From Catajapyx aquilonaris (lineage: Eukaryota), in the NCBI GenBank assembly GCA_000934665.2, contig KZ538293.1:1-64000 (forward strand): 64,000 bases of DNA, in the 5' to 3' direction. The translations under genes and the position numbers were made by a program. Below the pieces are notes generated by a model. It ran no database searches. It was not told the DNA's origin and was given only the letters and a program-made list of their open reading frames with translations. Of this stretch, positions 12,148-23,657 are shown one piece after another; position 1 is the stretch's first letter, and the number at the start of each line of letters is the position of its first letter.

Positions 12148-13126
12148 ATGTCAGGTGTCAACGGAGTTAAGAAGCCAGCTGTCCCACTGGCAGAAGGAGA
12201 GTCGTGGAAAGTCTGTCCGTATGACAGAACCCACGTCATGCTAGCAACTAGGTATGTCCAACATATAACTAAGTGCAGGAAGCAGAATCAAAATGCCGCC
12301 GTCAAGATATGCCTTCATGATGCTTCGCATCACATCCCAATGGACGAACTGGACGAACATGAGCTGAACTGCGATAGTCGCAAGGATAGTCGCATCAGAA
12401 TGGAAGATACTATGCGTGAGTACTCCTTGTCCACTGCAATATGTTTGTTAGCCAGAGTGTCGCCTACCAAGATTTATTGTTGACCCTTGGCATGTTTTTG
12501 CATTATCGCCATCATATGTACGCCATGTAAAGCATTTCCAACCGGTTATTTTGCATTTAGGCTGCTCAAGTGACCAGGATGGTGATGCTTCGAAGGACAC
12601 TTTGGACATGGGGCAGACCAGTAGGAACACGACAGATGATGGCGACTGGTGGGACAACGCAATGGATGGCACGTATGACCCTAATCAAAAGCTGAAGACT
12701 GTGCATCTCCTTATGTAAGTTCATATCCGCACTAAAAACACAGTAGGCAGGCAAATGGAGCCTAGAGAAGGCAGCTGTTGTCCCCCACCTTACCAGACAA
12801 GTTCATCAGAGGTTTGATAATATTGTGCCTTATGATTTCAGTGTTCCACATAACATGACTCGATCTAAGAAAATAGATTTTAGGAACGAGCAATCCAACT
12901 TGTACAACCAGCAGACCAGGTAGGTTGACCCAGAAGAAACAATGGAACCGACATCCAAGAAGAGGTGTAGTAACAATGTCATTTCAGGTTCACGAAGTCT
13001 GTTGAGGTACATCCTCCTTCTCCACCTTCCCCATCTACTGGTGTAAAGTCACAGATGCGCCTACCTCGATTCCAAAGCCAACCAGGCTTCAAAAACATGG
13101 TTGCCAAGGCAGTTGTGACCAGGTAG
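12148..13126 (+). CDS. Gtsf1: GTSF1/Asterix-like protein, copy B; exons 12148-12415, 12561-12714, 12842-12919, 12988-13126
   Basis: Fingers CPYDRTH-x9-HITKC and CLHDASH-x9-HELNC; DDGDWWDN...TYDP segment. Same intron positions and phases as copy A, with an open frame throughout. Confidence 0.9.
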
Positions 13127-13197
13127 AAGAAGAAGAAGAAGAAGAAGAAGAAGAAGAAGAAGAAGAAGAAGAAGAAGAAGAAGAAGAAGAAGAAGAA
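13126..13197 (+). repeat. (GAA)24 microsatellite directly after the copy-B stop codon
   Basis: Perfect GAA run; copy A has only GAAGAA at this position. Confidence 0.95.
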
Positions 13198-13199
13198 CG

Positions 13200-14050
13200 G
13201 AGTAGCTTATGATAAGCATTTTTAGAAGATTTTTTCTCCCCGTCTTCACCTTCGTTCATAGATTTCTTCCACTTCTAGTTTTGGATAAATAATCCACCCT
13301 CCCCTACCCCCCCTGTTAGTTTGAAGAAAGTAACTTCATTGTTGATGATGTCCATGACATACACTTATAGTATTTAGCGAATACCTAGCTCATTTGGTAG
13401 GATATTTCACATTTAGCACTACCCAATGGAGGATTCATACAAGAAGTAAGTTCAAAACACTGCAAAACATTGTTAGGAAAAAACAACTATCAAGTCATGA
13501 AAGATGAGCTCGTTGATGGACTGGATGGTTGGTTTTTTCACTGGTGAGTGTCTACCAAAAGTTACCTCCACATGACACTGCGCTACTGAGGGACAAGTTT
13601 GCTTATGGTATTGATGATATACTGATGATGATAAATGAGCGGCATGGATTAGGACGTATGAGAGCTGAAAATATCTTCCATCACCAAGGGCCCGATTTTA
13701 CGAAGTAGAAAATTCTGCACAGGAAGAGACAAAAGTATGTCTGTATATCACTCGGAAAATAATGTAGGTTCAATACTAATGCAATTCTGTGCCTTTCAGC
13801 TGGGTCAAAGGTCATTGTCTGGAGCTGTACCACCTCCTGAGTGTCAGACGTGACCTCCTTCATCCAGAATCTGAAAGTCAGCGACACTATGAACCCTGGA
13901 GCCTATTGATGAACCAGAAAATGATGTGCACAATCTCTCCGACATCTCCAAATTTTCGGACATCATTTTTTAAGAAGAACCTTTCAACTCTTATTGCGGC
14001 CGCTGTAACTTTCACTGAGATATCCTGTGAAGTCATCTAAAATGTAACAA
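13200..14050 (-). pseudogene. Possible heavily decayed IR-like coding relic (internally deleted counterpart at ~5500-5990)
   Basis: Minus-strand fragments occur in IR order: MTFDPAERHRIALVLNLHYFPSD (cf. KFVTAVPQVVIPLDVLFLPFTPS), IIIS...SKLV (cf. IIISCAY/AKLVSF), FFPNNVLQCF (cf. FFPNIESCM). Many stops and frameshifts; similarity judged by eye only. Confidence 0.3.
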
Positions 14051-14897
14051 CAGTTGTTACATTTGCCATCAGTTGTTATGCCATCAGTTCAGGAATAGCT
14101 ACTTTTCCTGCGAACTTCCTGATAGTTAATATTACATGTTTGTGTGACCTCGTAAAAATGGGTTGCTAAATACAACAATTATCACCTTTTCGTGTGTATT
14201 TTATGTCACCTGACAGTGACTTCATTATTACTGAGTTTTTATTCTGATAAATAGTTGTGTATAAAATAGTTTCGGCCGGAAATGTGTAGACACATTGGAC
14301 AACAAATTGCGTCATACCAACTCCAGCTGGAATATCAATGAAGATTAGGCCAGTATCATGTCGCCTCATTAAGAAACATAATAAAGCGACTGAAAGCAAT
14401 GGTTAAATTACACATGGCTTTATCATATGGTCGCATTTTTTTAAAGCTTGGCTTATCTAAATTGCCTTTATTACCGCCCCTGCTCCTGATATGTTGTGTC
14501 TCTTCAGGTGTAATCACTTACGGATATATGTATCAGCAGGAATTTTTTTTTCTTCCTATTATTAAAACCTACTCTATCTGACTTTGTTAGTCGTCACGTT
14601 CACACAATGTGCTTATTTTGGGACCTTACTTTGTGTCCAGAATATGTGATAGAGGGAGGCGACAAAAGGCGTTGTAGTTGGTGCCTAAGGACTTTCCTTC
14701 AGTGGCTGCCTTACCAGGTACAGTACCTGGTGCTCTCTGGACATGGTGCTCTGACCATGGCTGGCTCAAATGGCTCAAGTACCCCACCGCCCCGTCCTTG
14801 GGCTGGCCCCGGCATTGCAGCACATCAAAACCACCCATATACAAAATGAAGCAGCTGAAGTCTGATGCCGATCTCTTTCGCAGGAAACATCTGAAAC

Positions 14898-15279
14898 ATG
14901 ATGAAGACCCTGCCATTTCTTGCCCTTGGATGCCTGATTGCCACTGTGTATGGTGCTGACAACGTATTTAAGCCGATAGGTGAGTACTCATTTCATTTAT
15001 TTTGGTGATGGTGTGTCAGAAATTCATATAATTTTCGTTCCAGCTAAGGGGAACTTCCCTTATTGCTGGTTCTTCAGGGCCGACTATTACTGCGAACGTG
15101 ATTGCATATTCAACGGATACACAGGAGGAAAATGCAGCGAAAATTGGCGTCCTCGTTTTATGTGCTGGTGCTGGTACATTGAAACCACCACAAATAAATC
15201 ATTTGTCACAGTCACAACTGCTACCACAACTACTCGTGAACCGAAGTCCAATGAACAAATTGTCGCTGAAATGACATAA
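14898..15279 (+). CDS. Secreted cysteine-stabilised alpha-beta (defensin/drosomycin/scorpion-toxin-like) peptide with Thr-rich C-terminal tail; exons 14898-14979 and 15044-15279
   Basis: Signal MMKTLPFLALGCLIATVYG; phase-1 intron GTGAGT 14980...TTCCAG 15043. Mature ADNVFKPIAKGNFPYCWFFRADYYCERDCIFNGYTGGKCSENWRPRFMCWCWY has C-x8-C-x3-C-x9-C-x9-C-x-C spacing with GKC and CWC. Confidence 0.85.
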
Positions 15280-15833
15280 ACATTTGTACCAATTTAAAAA
15301 AAGAGTTAATATTGAATGAACTTGTTTACTTCTCAAATCCTAGTCAATTACAGGGTGTTTCGTACTTACAGGACAACTTGGCCGATTCAACACATTCTAA
15401 TGGTTCTTTCCCAGCCAGAGGCTAAATGTGTTGTCTTTTATCTTTAATGAATTTGAATCGCGCGTGAAAATGTGCTGGGATGGCCTGGATCTGGTTTCAG
15501 GAAATTAACAGCTAAACAATTAATCTTATCGTATAGCTATGCCCTCCCAAAATATGATGTTTCGTATAGGACGGAGTTACAATGGGGAGGTTGTGAAGTC
15601 TTCCTTTTATTGCCTCGAGCAATCAAACTTGATAAGAGAAATAATAGTAATCTATGCACTGAATGTCCAGTAAGAATTTAAATATAAGAAAGAGTTATCT
15701 CATAGCTTCATATCAGAGTCCCTACAAATAATATCATTAATAATTAGTGGGTCGTGTTTTACGTCAGTATTATTACTCCTAATGTGGCAAAAAAATATAT
15801 ATATTTTTTTTTGTAATGAGAAGAAAATACAAC

Positions 15834-15915
15834 CGCAGCCGACAGGATTCGAACCTGTGCTCCCAGAGGGAATCTGATTTCGAGTCAGACGCCTTAACCA
15901 CTCGGCCACGACTGC
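15834..15915 (-). tRNA. tRNA-Ser(CGA)
   Basis: GCAGTCGTGGCCGAGTGGTTAAGGCGTCTGACTCGAAATCAGATTCCCTCTGGGAGCACAGGTTCGAATCCTGTCGGCTGCG: 82 nt, full cloverleaf with long variable arm, A/B boxes, discriminator G, downstream TTTT. Confidence 0.97.
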
Positions 15916-16206
15916 TTCTTACTCATGTCACTTGAAGACACGAGTGTAGTATTAGCAACATCACCACATGACGACATCATTTTTATGACCATCTTAATTG
16001 CTCCTTCTGGACGCTTCTTATCATTCTTCACCAACTGTCATAATAAAGCATGGATCAAATGCACCTCAAATTTAACGCAAAAAAAGAGAGATCCAAATTA
16101 AAATGTTGTCACCCAACAAATTGTAATTATTGACACGAGTCCTAAGAAAGCACTTAACAAATCCAAACGATTCACTCAACAATAGATAGACGAGGAAAGT
16201 AATATT

Positions 16207-16483
16207 GTAAGCAGTGACTTGCAACCGGTGATTTGTCGGAGGAATGGGAAATGGGGGGAAAAGAGGGTCACACATGACCCATGGCATGTGTGACCCTCAT
16301 TTTTTCCAGGCTTGACCTTCAATTATCAGCGGCCAGCACGTATGCCACTTCAACCTACGATTCGCAGGGAATATTCCCCGTACCTCCGAAAAATCACCGT
16401 TTTGCAAGTCACTGCTTACAAAAAGTAGCAGCTCCCGTGCAATTTTCCGATAACTGTTCGGACAAAAAAGTTGAGACACCCTA
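16207..16483. mobile_element. MITE, one end truncated; same family as 22529-22863 in opposite orientation
   Basis: Reverse-complement match of the internal sequence (GGGAATATTCCC, TCACACATG..CATGTGTGACCC) and terminal CCGATAACTGTTCGGACAAAAA...CACCCT.TA. Confidence 0.8.
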
Positions 16484-17417
16484 TATACTGGGAGAAGTAG
16501 CTGCCAGATGCAATTTTGATCAGAGCTAGAAGACAAGTTTAAAAGGGGGAAAAAATATAGTTAACGTCACAATAATATTCACTAGGGAACAAAATTGAAC
16601 TTCCTTTCTGGCACATGCACATAAACTTATGCGAACTTCAGGGATCAGCAGTTGCTGTGATAAGTACGAAAAATGTCAACGTGAAAAATAATGTAGGTGA
16701 CAATAAATCTAAGGACTAATCGAAAACCACTTTTCGTACACTGTATACTGCCATGGCATCGGAGAGAAGGGCATTAATCGGAAGGCACTTGATCAGAGAA
16801 ATCGAACCGTACCTTTCCGCGCAGACTGTGGAAACAATCGCATTATTTGTCATCTGGAAGGGGATTAGTATGTTGTCATGTGGTGACTAGATATAAACTC
16901 CTTGGCAACAGACTGCTTGTAAATGTTTTATGTAAATAATTGCTCTTATTATAGGGGAGATAATTATGTGCGCCGCGAGTATGACTACGTTGCTTATGAT
17001 TGATCCATCATTATTTTAGTGGAGAGAGCGGTTCGGGCTTGTTTTGAGAAATGTACGCTCGCTCAGGAAACGATTATTCTCGTATTAACCCGAGATATTG
17101 CGCTTATAATTATTTGGGACACTGGGGGCTGCACTCATATTAATGACGGAACATCCTATTTGGTACAATTATTCATTACGGATGCCTCTGCATAATGGAA
17201 CAGCCTCCACAATTTTCCGTCATTAGACCTAGAGCGGGAAATTATGAAATTGGATATCTAATTACGCCTGCTGTGAGATTATCCAAATCGTTCCCATTTT
17301 GCATCTGATATGTCCAGGTAATGGGCATTGACAAGGGTATCGCAGAAGCCATACGTGGCAAACAATACTATACATATACGTGGCACATCAGAATAATATG
17401 TGAGTGGGCCAGCAGAC

Positions 17418-19481
17418 ATGAAGTCGTTTAGACGTGTCCTGGTGTGGCTGGTGATGATGGTGAGAATAGTGTTGGGCAATAACATTAGCCTGGACAAGGA
17501 TTCGGAGGAGGACGAGTCTGCGTCCCGACTGGTGGGACACGTCCTTCGGAGGGCGGATCTGGCTGGATGCACGCTGGTCACCGCCACCGATTCAGTCTCC
17601 TTCAGCGTCCCGGTTCAGAAGCTCCTGATCGGACACTCGGACAGGTACCTGCCCACCTTCCCCCTCCGGATGACCACCTCCAGTCCGGACAGACAAAAAC
17701 ACTCGCTTGAGGACTACCCCTGGCTGGTCAGACAGGACCAGATGCACGACTTCACCACTGTCCCGCCTCAGCTCCTGTCCCGTCTCTGGCCCGGACTCTC
17801 CTGCACTTTGCACCTGTTCATGCCCACCCATGTCCACGCTCTGCCACCACTCGTCATGCACGCAGCCTCCTTGGTCAAGGTGGCTCCAGGGGAAGATCGA
17901 TTCATCATTCACTTCACGACTGATGGTCACACTCATCCTCATCATGCTCAGGAGGTAGGAGAGGTGCACAGGATCATGGCCCACTCCCCACCCGCCACCT
18001 CCCTCAGGCTAAAGGTCATGGTCACAGGGGATGGCCCCGATGGGCGGATCAAGGTGGACACGGTCTGCTTCTACTGCGCACAAGGAGGGTACCCACAAAT
18101 GCTGCATCTCGGCGTGTTCGATTCATCTGATGACGGTGGTGGAGCCATGGCGAATCTCTTCTTTCGAGACTACGATGTGAAGAGGATGAATGGAAGGGTT
18201 CTGAGAACTCGATTCTACGTGGACATTGACATGCCGGCTGCGAGGAAACAGAATGAGGCTGAGGGCGAGTTTACTCTCGATATGTATAAGAGAATGCTGA
18301 TATTACGGGAAGATACTTTAGGGGGGATACTTGAGTACACAGTGGAACAATTCAGAGTGGAGCTGGACTATCGTTACCCGAACGGAACCTGGGGAGGGTT
18401 GGTGGGTTGTCTGGTGCAGAACAAGTCGGACATATTGCCAGTCATTCTTCCTTCTGACGAATCCTACTCAGTCGTCAATGTACCCCAACCATACTTATTC
18501 GCCCATGCCACGGGTTTGACGAGAACACCTCGAGGAATGGTGACCTGGAAGGTGATCTTTCTGCCTTATCCACTCTTGGTTTGGGTGTTGATTGCAGTAA
18601 GCTTAATCACATTGTTTATTGCTGCATATTGTATTTCCAAACGGAGAGGCGCATCCAGGACACCTCTGCCAATTTCTCAATCGGTTGGCCTCATTTTGCG
18701 CACATTTGTGGACCAAAATACAAACCTAACAGGGAGGCATTTCTCTGTAACTTTCACCGCATGTATGCTCATGTTTGTCACCGTGATCGTTACCGGTTAC
18801 AAGGCGAAACTAGTGTCCTTCCTGACCTGGCCTCCGAGAGAATTTGTTCCAACCACTGGACAAGAAATCCTTGATTACAACTGGAATATGGAAGCAGATA
18901 TGTTAAACTATCTCGTCATGGGTCACTATGTAAAAGGAGCCGAAGACCCCCTTATTATTGAAATGTATAAACGCATTAAACTAATGGGAACAATTCAGGA
19001 TTGCCTGCGTAAAACACGAAAGGAAAACGTTGTGTGCTTCGGATTGAACATTCTTCTGGATCGCGAAACTTATCTTCACACAAGCAGTGACGGGACCTTA
19101 AACCTTCAGTACATTCGACAACAGATCGCCTCAGGGTATGCCTTCACTGGCACTGCTAAAGGACAAACCCAACTGTTTCACATGCTCAGAAAAGTGATGG
19201 CCCTGGCCGTGGAAACCGATTTATTCTACACCTTCCTCGAGCACGAGAAGTACATGAACTTCCTTCGCAACCTGAGGAGGATCCTAGAGGCTGAAGAGAT
19301 CGCTGCCAAGACATACGTTCGAGACGAAATGATAACAATGGCCAAGTTGGGGGCCATTTTCAATATGTGGTTTTCCGGCCTGGTAGGTTGTTTTCTGGTG
19401 CTGGTGATGGAAATAATTATTAATATACGTTACATTAACTCTGGTGTTACACGGCTTATCAGTGTTTCTCCCCGAACATGA
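17418..19481 (+). CDS. Divergent ionotropic receptor, intronless
   Basis: Single ORF (first ATG 17418): signal peptide, TVCFYC, PNGTWGGLVGCLVQNKSDI (S1), LPYPLLVW (M1), RTFVDQ pore region, GYKAKLVSFLT, S2 and a C-terminal TM. Confidence 0.93.
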   Translation: MKSFRRVLVWLVMMVRIVLGNNISLDKDSEEDESASRLVGHVLRRADLAGCTLVTATDSVSFSVPVQKLLIGHSDRYLPTFPLRMTTSSPDRQKHSLEDYPWLVRQDQMHDFTTVPPQLLSRLWPGLSCTLHLFMPTHVHALPPLVMHAASLVKVAPGEDRFIIHFTTDGHTHPHHAQEVGEVHRIMAHSPPATSLRLKVMVTGDGPDGRIKVDTVCFYCAQGGYPQMLHLGVFDSSDDGGGAMANLFFRDYDVKRMNGRVLRTRFYVDIDMPAARKQNEAEGEFTLDMYKRMLILREDTLGGILEYTVEQFRVELDYRYPNGTWGGLVGCLVQNKSDILPVILPSDESYSVVNVPQPYLFAHATGLTRTPRGMVTWKVIFLPYPLLVWVLIAVSLITLFIAAYCISKRRGASRTPLPISQSVGLILRTFVDQNTNLTGRHFSVTFTACMLMFVTVIVTGYKAKLVSFLTWPPREFVPTTGQEILDYNWNMEADMLNYLVMGHYVKGAEDPLIIEMYKRIKLMGTIQDCLRKTRKENVVCFGLNILLDRETYLHTSSDGTLNLQYIRQQIASGYAFTGTAKGQTQLFHMLRKVMALAVETDLFYTFLEHEKYMNFLRNLRRILEAEEIAAKTYVRDEMITMAKLGAIFNMWFSGLVGCFLVLVMEIIINIRYINSGVTRLISVSPRT

Positions 19482-21124
19482 GTAACTGCATCTACAATGC
19501 CTAGGACCAAGGTGTATAGAGGATTAGGTGAGCTCAGTTGATCCTACGGTTGATTGCCTGATTGACCGCCGCAGAAAGCTTCGCCAGCCTGTAGAGAGTT
19601 GGCGCTGTCGTCAGCAGACTATCTATTGGCGCGGCTCTTTCCCATCGCTGATAAGAAGAGGGAGATGTGCCCGGCAAAAAATTGTTCAATTGCCTTCATT
19701 TCCGGTCATTATGACTCTTGTGAAGCACACCATAGGAACGATGAATACCACCGGACATACATTACACGCCTTTGTGGGCCTTGCCATCACCGCTGAGGCT
19801 ACCGGAAGCCTCAAATATTCAAAGTCTACTTATTGGCGCCCAAAGATGTCAGGTGCCCGCTGTGTTGCATGCTCTCAACTATTGCAAAAATCTCGGTGTT
19901 GATTGTTTCTGTTTGTTGTGTGCGTGTAACGAGTACTATGAAGTTAATTGAGTACGTCTTTAAAATGTTCTTTCATTAATTTCCCGCACACTTTGGAGAG
20001 ACTTTCGAAAACCAGGATAGTGCGGCGGCGAGTAAAGCCGTAAAGGTCAGTATTGCATTGTTTTATGCTATATTTTTCAATTATTACATTCGTAGGGCCA
20101 AGGTAGGGCTGTTCCTGAGCTGTGCTGCGCAAAGAATCTTCAAGTGAGATACAGAGATATAAGAAAAAATACACTTTATTCCGATAATTATTATCCGTGC
20201 TAATGAATGCACCGGTGTACCCGGAAATTCAGAAAACACAGCAGGGTCCCCAGATACAAATTAGCTATTCGCCCATTTATGGACTGAAGTATGTAAAGGG
20301 AAGAATGTGGTCACCATATCATGGGTGAGTCAAAGGCCACGTGCCTATATCCCAGGTTGTCTAGTTTTGGCGACAAGAATCTCCCGGCAAGTTTCTTTTC
20401 TGCCTATGTGATCTACATAGTCATCCGTCATCGCCTATGATGCATGTATTCATAGGCGCTGGCCATATGTGCTGGTACTCTGCGGTCGACTTCTTATCAC
20501 CTAAGCTCGTAGGCTATTGATTAATCATTAATGAGACTGTCCACGAAAAAAAATCAAATTAGATGCGCGTCATCTCACTGCCAACTGTCTGATTCGGGTC
20601 TAGTGTGGCCAATGCATGACAGGGGTAGGGCCTACCTAGACCCCAAAAATTAGTGATGTATTTGCGTAAGAGCAGCCATATTTTTGGTGACAGGTGTTGT
20701 GACCCGTACAAGATTCAATAAGGTTCTATTGTAAATATCACTTTCGAGACCTTTCATGGTGACCTATGATCATTACTCCACAATCACGACCAAACCATAA
20801 TATTATTATATATTGTACCATACACCACCCGTGTGACATCCATTGCTCACATCAGGTTAGTGACAATAATATTATGCCGAGAAAGGCCAGTTCCCTTAGA
20901 AAGGCACGGAAGGCAAAATATATGCAGCAGAATCCAGCGACACGGGAAAAAAATACAATCAGGCACATCGAGAGGCAATACGAAAAAGGCAGAAAAGGTA
21001 CGATGCAGAGCATCGGGAGTACATCAGGAAGAATTGCAGAAACTACAAGTCAGAACATCGAGAGGTCATAATCAAGAAACAAATTTGTACATTAATTATT
21101 AGTTAAACTACATGTTCAAGTTCC

Positions 21125-21486
21125 TTTGTCAAAAAAATAACTGCAATTATCCCAAAGACACTTCCTACGGATTTTTTTTTTTTTAAAGTAAGATGCTATG
21201 TCATGGAGCGTCGAAACATCGACTTACACCAGGGGTTGGTGAACGGCTCCATGAGCACTGATGCCTTGACCAACACAATCTACGTATTTAATTTCGTAAA
21301 ATGCGTAAGTAAGACCTCTGGGTTACATTTACCCTTATGGTGTAGCTCTTACGCGGCCCCGTCTTGTTTTTAATTTCTATCCGACATCTAGCTCTTACTT
21401 TTTTTAAAAAATCCGTAGGAAGTGTTTTTGGGATAATACACTAGTGTAACTATCTTCTGAGATAAGTAACACATTTTTGACAAAAA
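21125..21486. mobile_element. Non-autonomous element with long imperfect inverted termini
   Basis: TTTGTCAAAAA...ATTATCCCAAAGACACTTCCTACGGATTTTT...AAAGTAAGA is mirrored by TCTTACTTT...AAAAATCCGTAGGAAGTGTTTTTGGGATAAT...TTTTTGACAAA. Confidence 0.65.
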
Positions 21487-22528
21487 GTGGATCTTGATCA
21501 TTCTTCCCTCGACATGTTCATATAATCACGATAATTAAGATAATATCACTTATGATGACATTTTATTGAACATTCTTCAACAATACTTATATACAAAATT
21601 ATTGATTTGAACAATCCACATGTTAGTAAACAACGGTAAAACATTGATTATTGTTCATTATTTCGACGATACCAGTATTTATATTGTCAATTTCGTGTCT
21701 AATTTTTGGCATAAAAGAAATTGGCTCATGACTAATGTGCGGTAGGCCTACTTCGGTTTTCCATGATGTTTTGGCTAGTCCTGTCCCAACTCTTTCTTTC
21801 ATCCTGGCTCGACGCATTTCAAAAGACAAGGTGTGAGTTTGGGTCTGTTGGTGTGTCGTTGTTGTTGTTGTTGTTGTTGTCATACTGAATACAGAAAAAT
21901 TTAATTTATTACAAGCAGCAAAATGAATTTCAGCAATAATTGGAATTGACCTAATTGGGGAGTATTGCCAAAGTGCTTTATCCTAAACATAAGCGAAAAT
22001 TTGATAATTTAATCCATATTGCACATTGTGAAAAATATATAAGCTGTAAAATGTTTTCCACACTCGATGGACTGGAGCGGATATCACGTGCGGCCAAGTT
22101 CACCCCTCTGACATACGGGAGATGAGTTCTGCTAGGAACTTTATAATGTGTCTTTAACTTGCATCACTTATTAGCTCTAATAAATATTGTCACCAGTGGA
22201 GAGCTTCGCATTTATCTCTTAAAAATGGACACGACACTTGTTTCACCAGTGTTTCACTTGTCACACTTGTCACACTTGTTTTGTAAAAATAAAGTTTGCA
22301 CACTGTGAAAATTGATTGCGTCCATTGGGTCACTTATATGTACCCCTACCTTTACCAGCACCCCCAACATTACCCGGGCAACGCCGGGTAACCTGCTAGT
22401 ACAGTATGTAGACACCGGACTACAGTGAAAGTTTTGAAGTCCCATAGAAAGATGAAGAGGACATAAAAAATTGCTAGACGAATTTAAATGCAACAACAAA
22501 ACATAACATCTTGCGAGTTCTCAATATG

Positions 22529-22863
22529 CGAAGGTGTTTCAACTTTTTTGTCCGAACAGTTATCGGAAAATAGCATGTAGCTGTTACCTTTTACCCAGTG
22601 ACTTGCAAACGGTGATTTTTCGGAGGAACGGGGAATATTCCCTGCGAATCGTAGGTTGAAGTGGCATACGTGCTGCCCGCTGAAAATTGAGGGTCAAGAC
22701 TGGAAAAAAAAGAGGATCACACATGCCATGGGATGTGTGACCCTCTTTTTCCCCATTCCCCAGTCCTCCGGCAAATCACCGGTTGCAAGTCACTGCTTAC
22801 AAAGTCACTGCAGCTACGTGTAATTTCCCGATAACTGTTCGGACAAAAAGGGGAAACACCCTG
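22529..22863. mobile_element. Tc1/mariner-type MITE with nested inverted repeats
   Basis: GGTGTTTC...TTTGTCCGAACAGTTATCGG at left and CCGATAACTGTTCGGACAAA...GAAACACCCTG|TA at right; inner CAGTGACTTGCAA/TTGCAAGTCACTG. Confidence 0.8.
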
Positions 22864-22925
22864 TATAGGGCGTACTCCATATGTACGTTATTATACTGTA
22901 TGTCTGTATATACAGTACTATTATA

Positions 22926-23111
22926 CAGTTTGATCCAACTCTATGGCACCAACAGTTATTGGAAAAATCGCGCAAGCTGCTTGTTTATAAGCAGGTCGTT
23001 GCTAAGAGATGCTTTCTGGAGAATCGGGAATAGCACCCCTTAGCAAGCATAAACAAGCAGCTTGCGCAATTTTTCCAATAACTGTTGGTGCCATAAAGTT
23101 GGATCACCCTG
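22926..23111. mobile_element. Palindromic Tc1/mariner-type MITE
   Basis: ~60-bp TIRs TGATCCAACT.TATGGCACCAACAGTTATTGGAAAAAT.GCGCAAGCTGCTTGTTTAT, TA flanks, right end CACCCTG|TA. Confidence 0.85.
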
Positions 23112-23657
23112 TATAGTTTTCAAGCATACGTTTATGTGAATGTTTATGCTTTTGCATGCCATTGCGTCATGGGCATAGAGTATATGTTTTTGTTAATTTT
23201 GTCGACGTGTTAAAAATATTTAGGTTCATTATTTTTTTAGCCAAAATTGCTACAACATTACGCAACATGGTCCACTTGTCAATTTTAATATTTTATTTTT
23301 TAAATTCAACCAGAATTAATTAAAAATTTGAATTTCATTATTTGCCATAGACTGCTATCTTGCCAACCCTTCCTAACCATGTAACATAAATAATATGTGA
23401 GGATACTGCTCCCAAAACCTGCACCAAAATGGGGGCAGGGGGGGGATTGTTTCGGCTGCCTATGTTTTCGCATGTGAATATAATATTAACCAGTTAAAGC
23501 CAAGCACTACGCCTTCAGGTGTATATGGATTGGTCATGAGGCCCATGTGTAGGGTGCTATGTAATCGATGGCCTCACTTATTCACTAAATCATATATTAG
23601 GCTCGAAGGAAAATGTATACCTGCCAAGTATATACGAGTACTTAAAACCGCGTTGAA

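Noticed and set aside
15834..15915. Functional link between the tRNA gene and tRNA-binding GTSF1 neighbours
   Set aside because: tRNA genes are scattered widely; proximity alone gives no support.
19528..22499. Short ORFs between the IR genes (K/R-rich 20766-21071, CDKC-containing 22254-22499)
   Set aside because: No recognisable domain or consistent exon chain; probably decayed transposon sequence.
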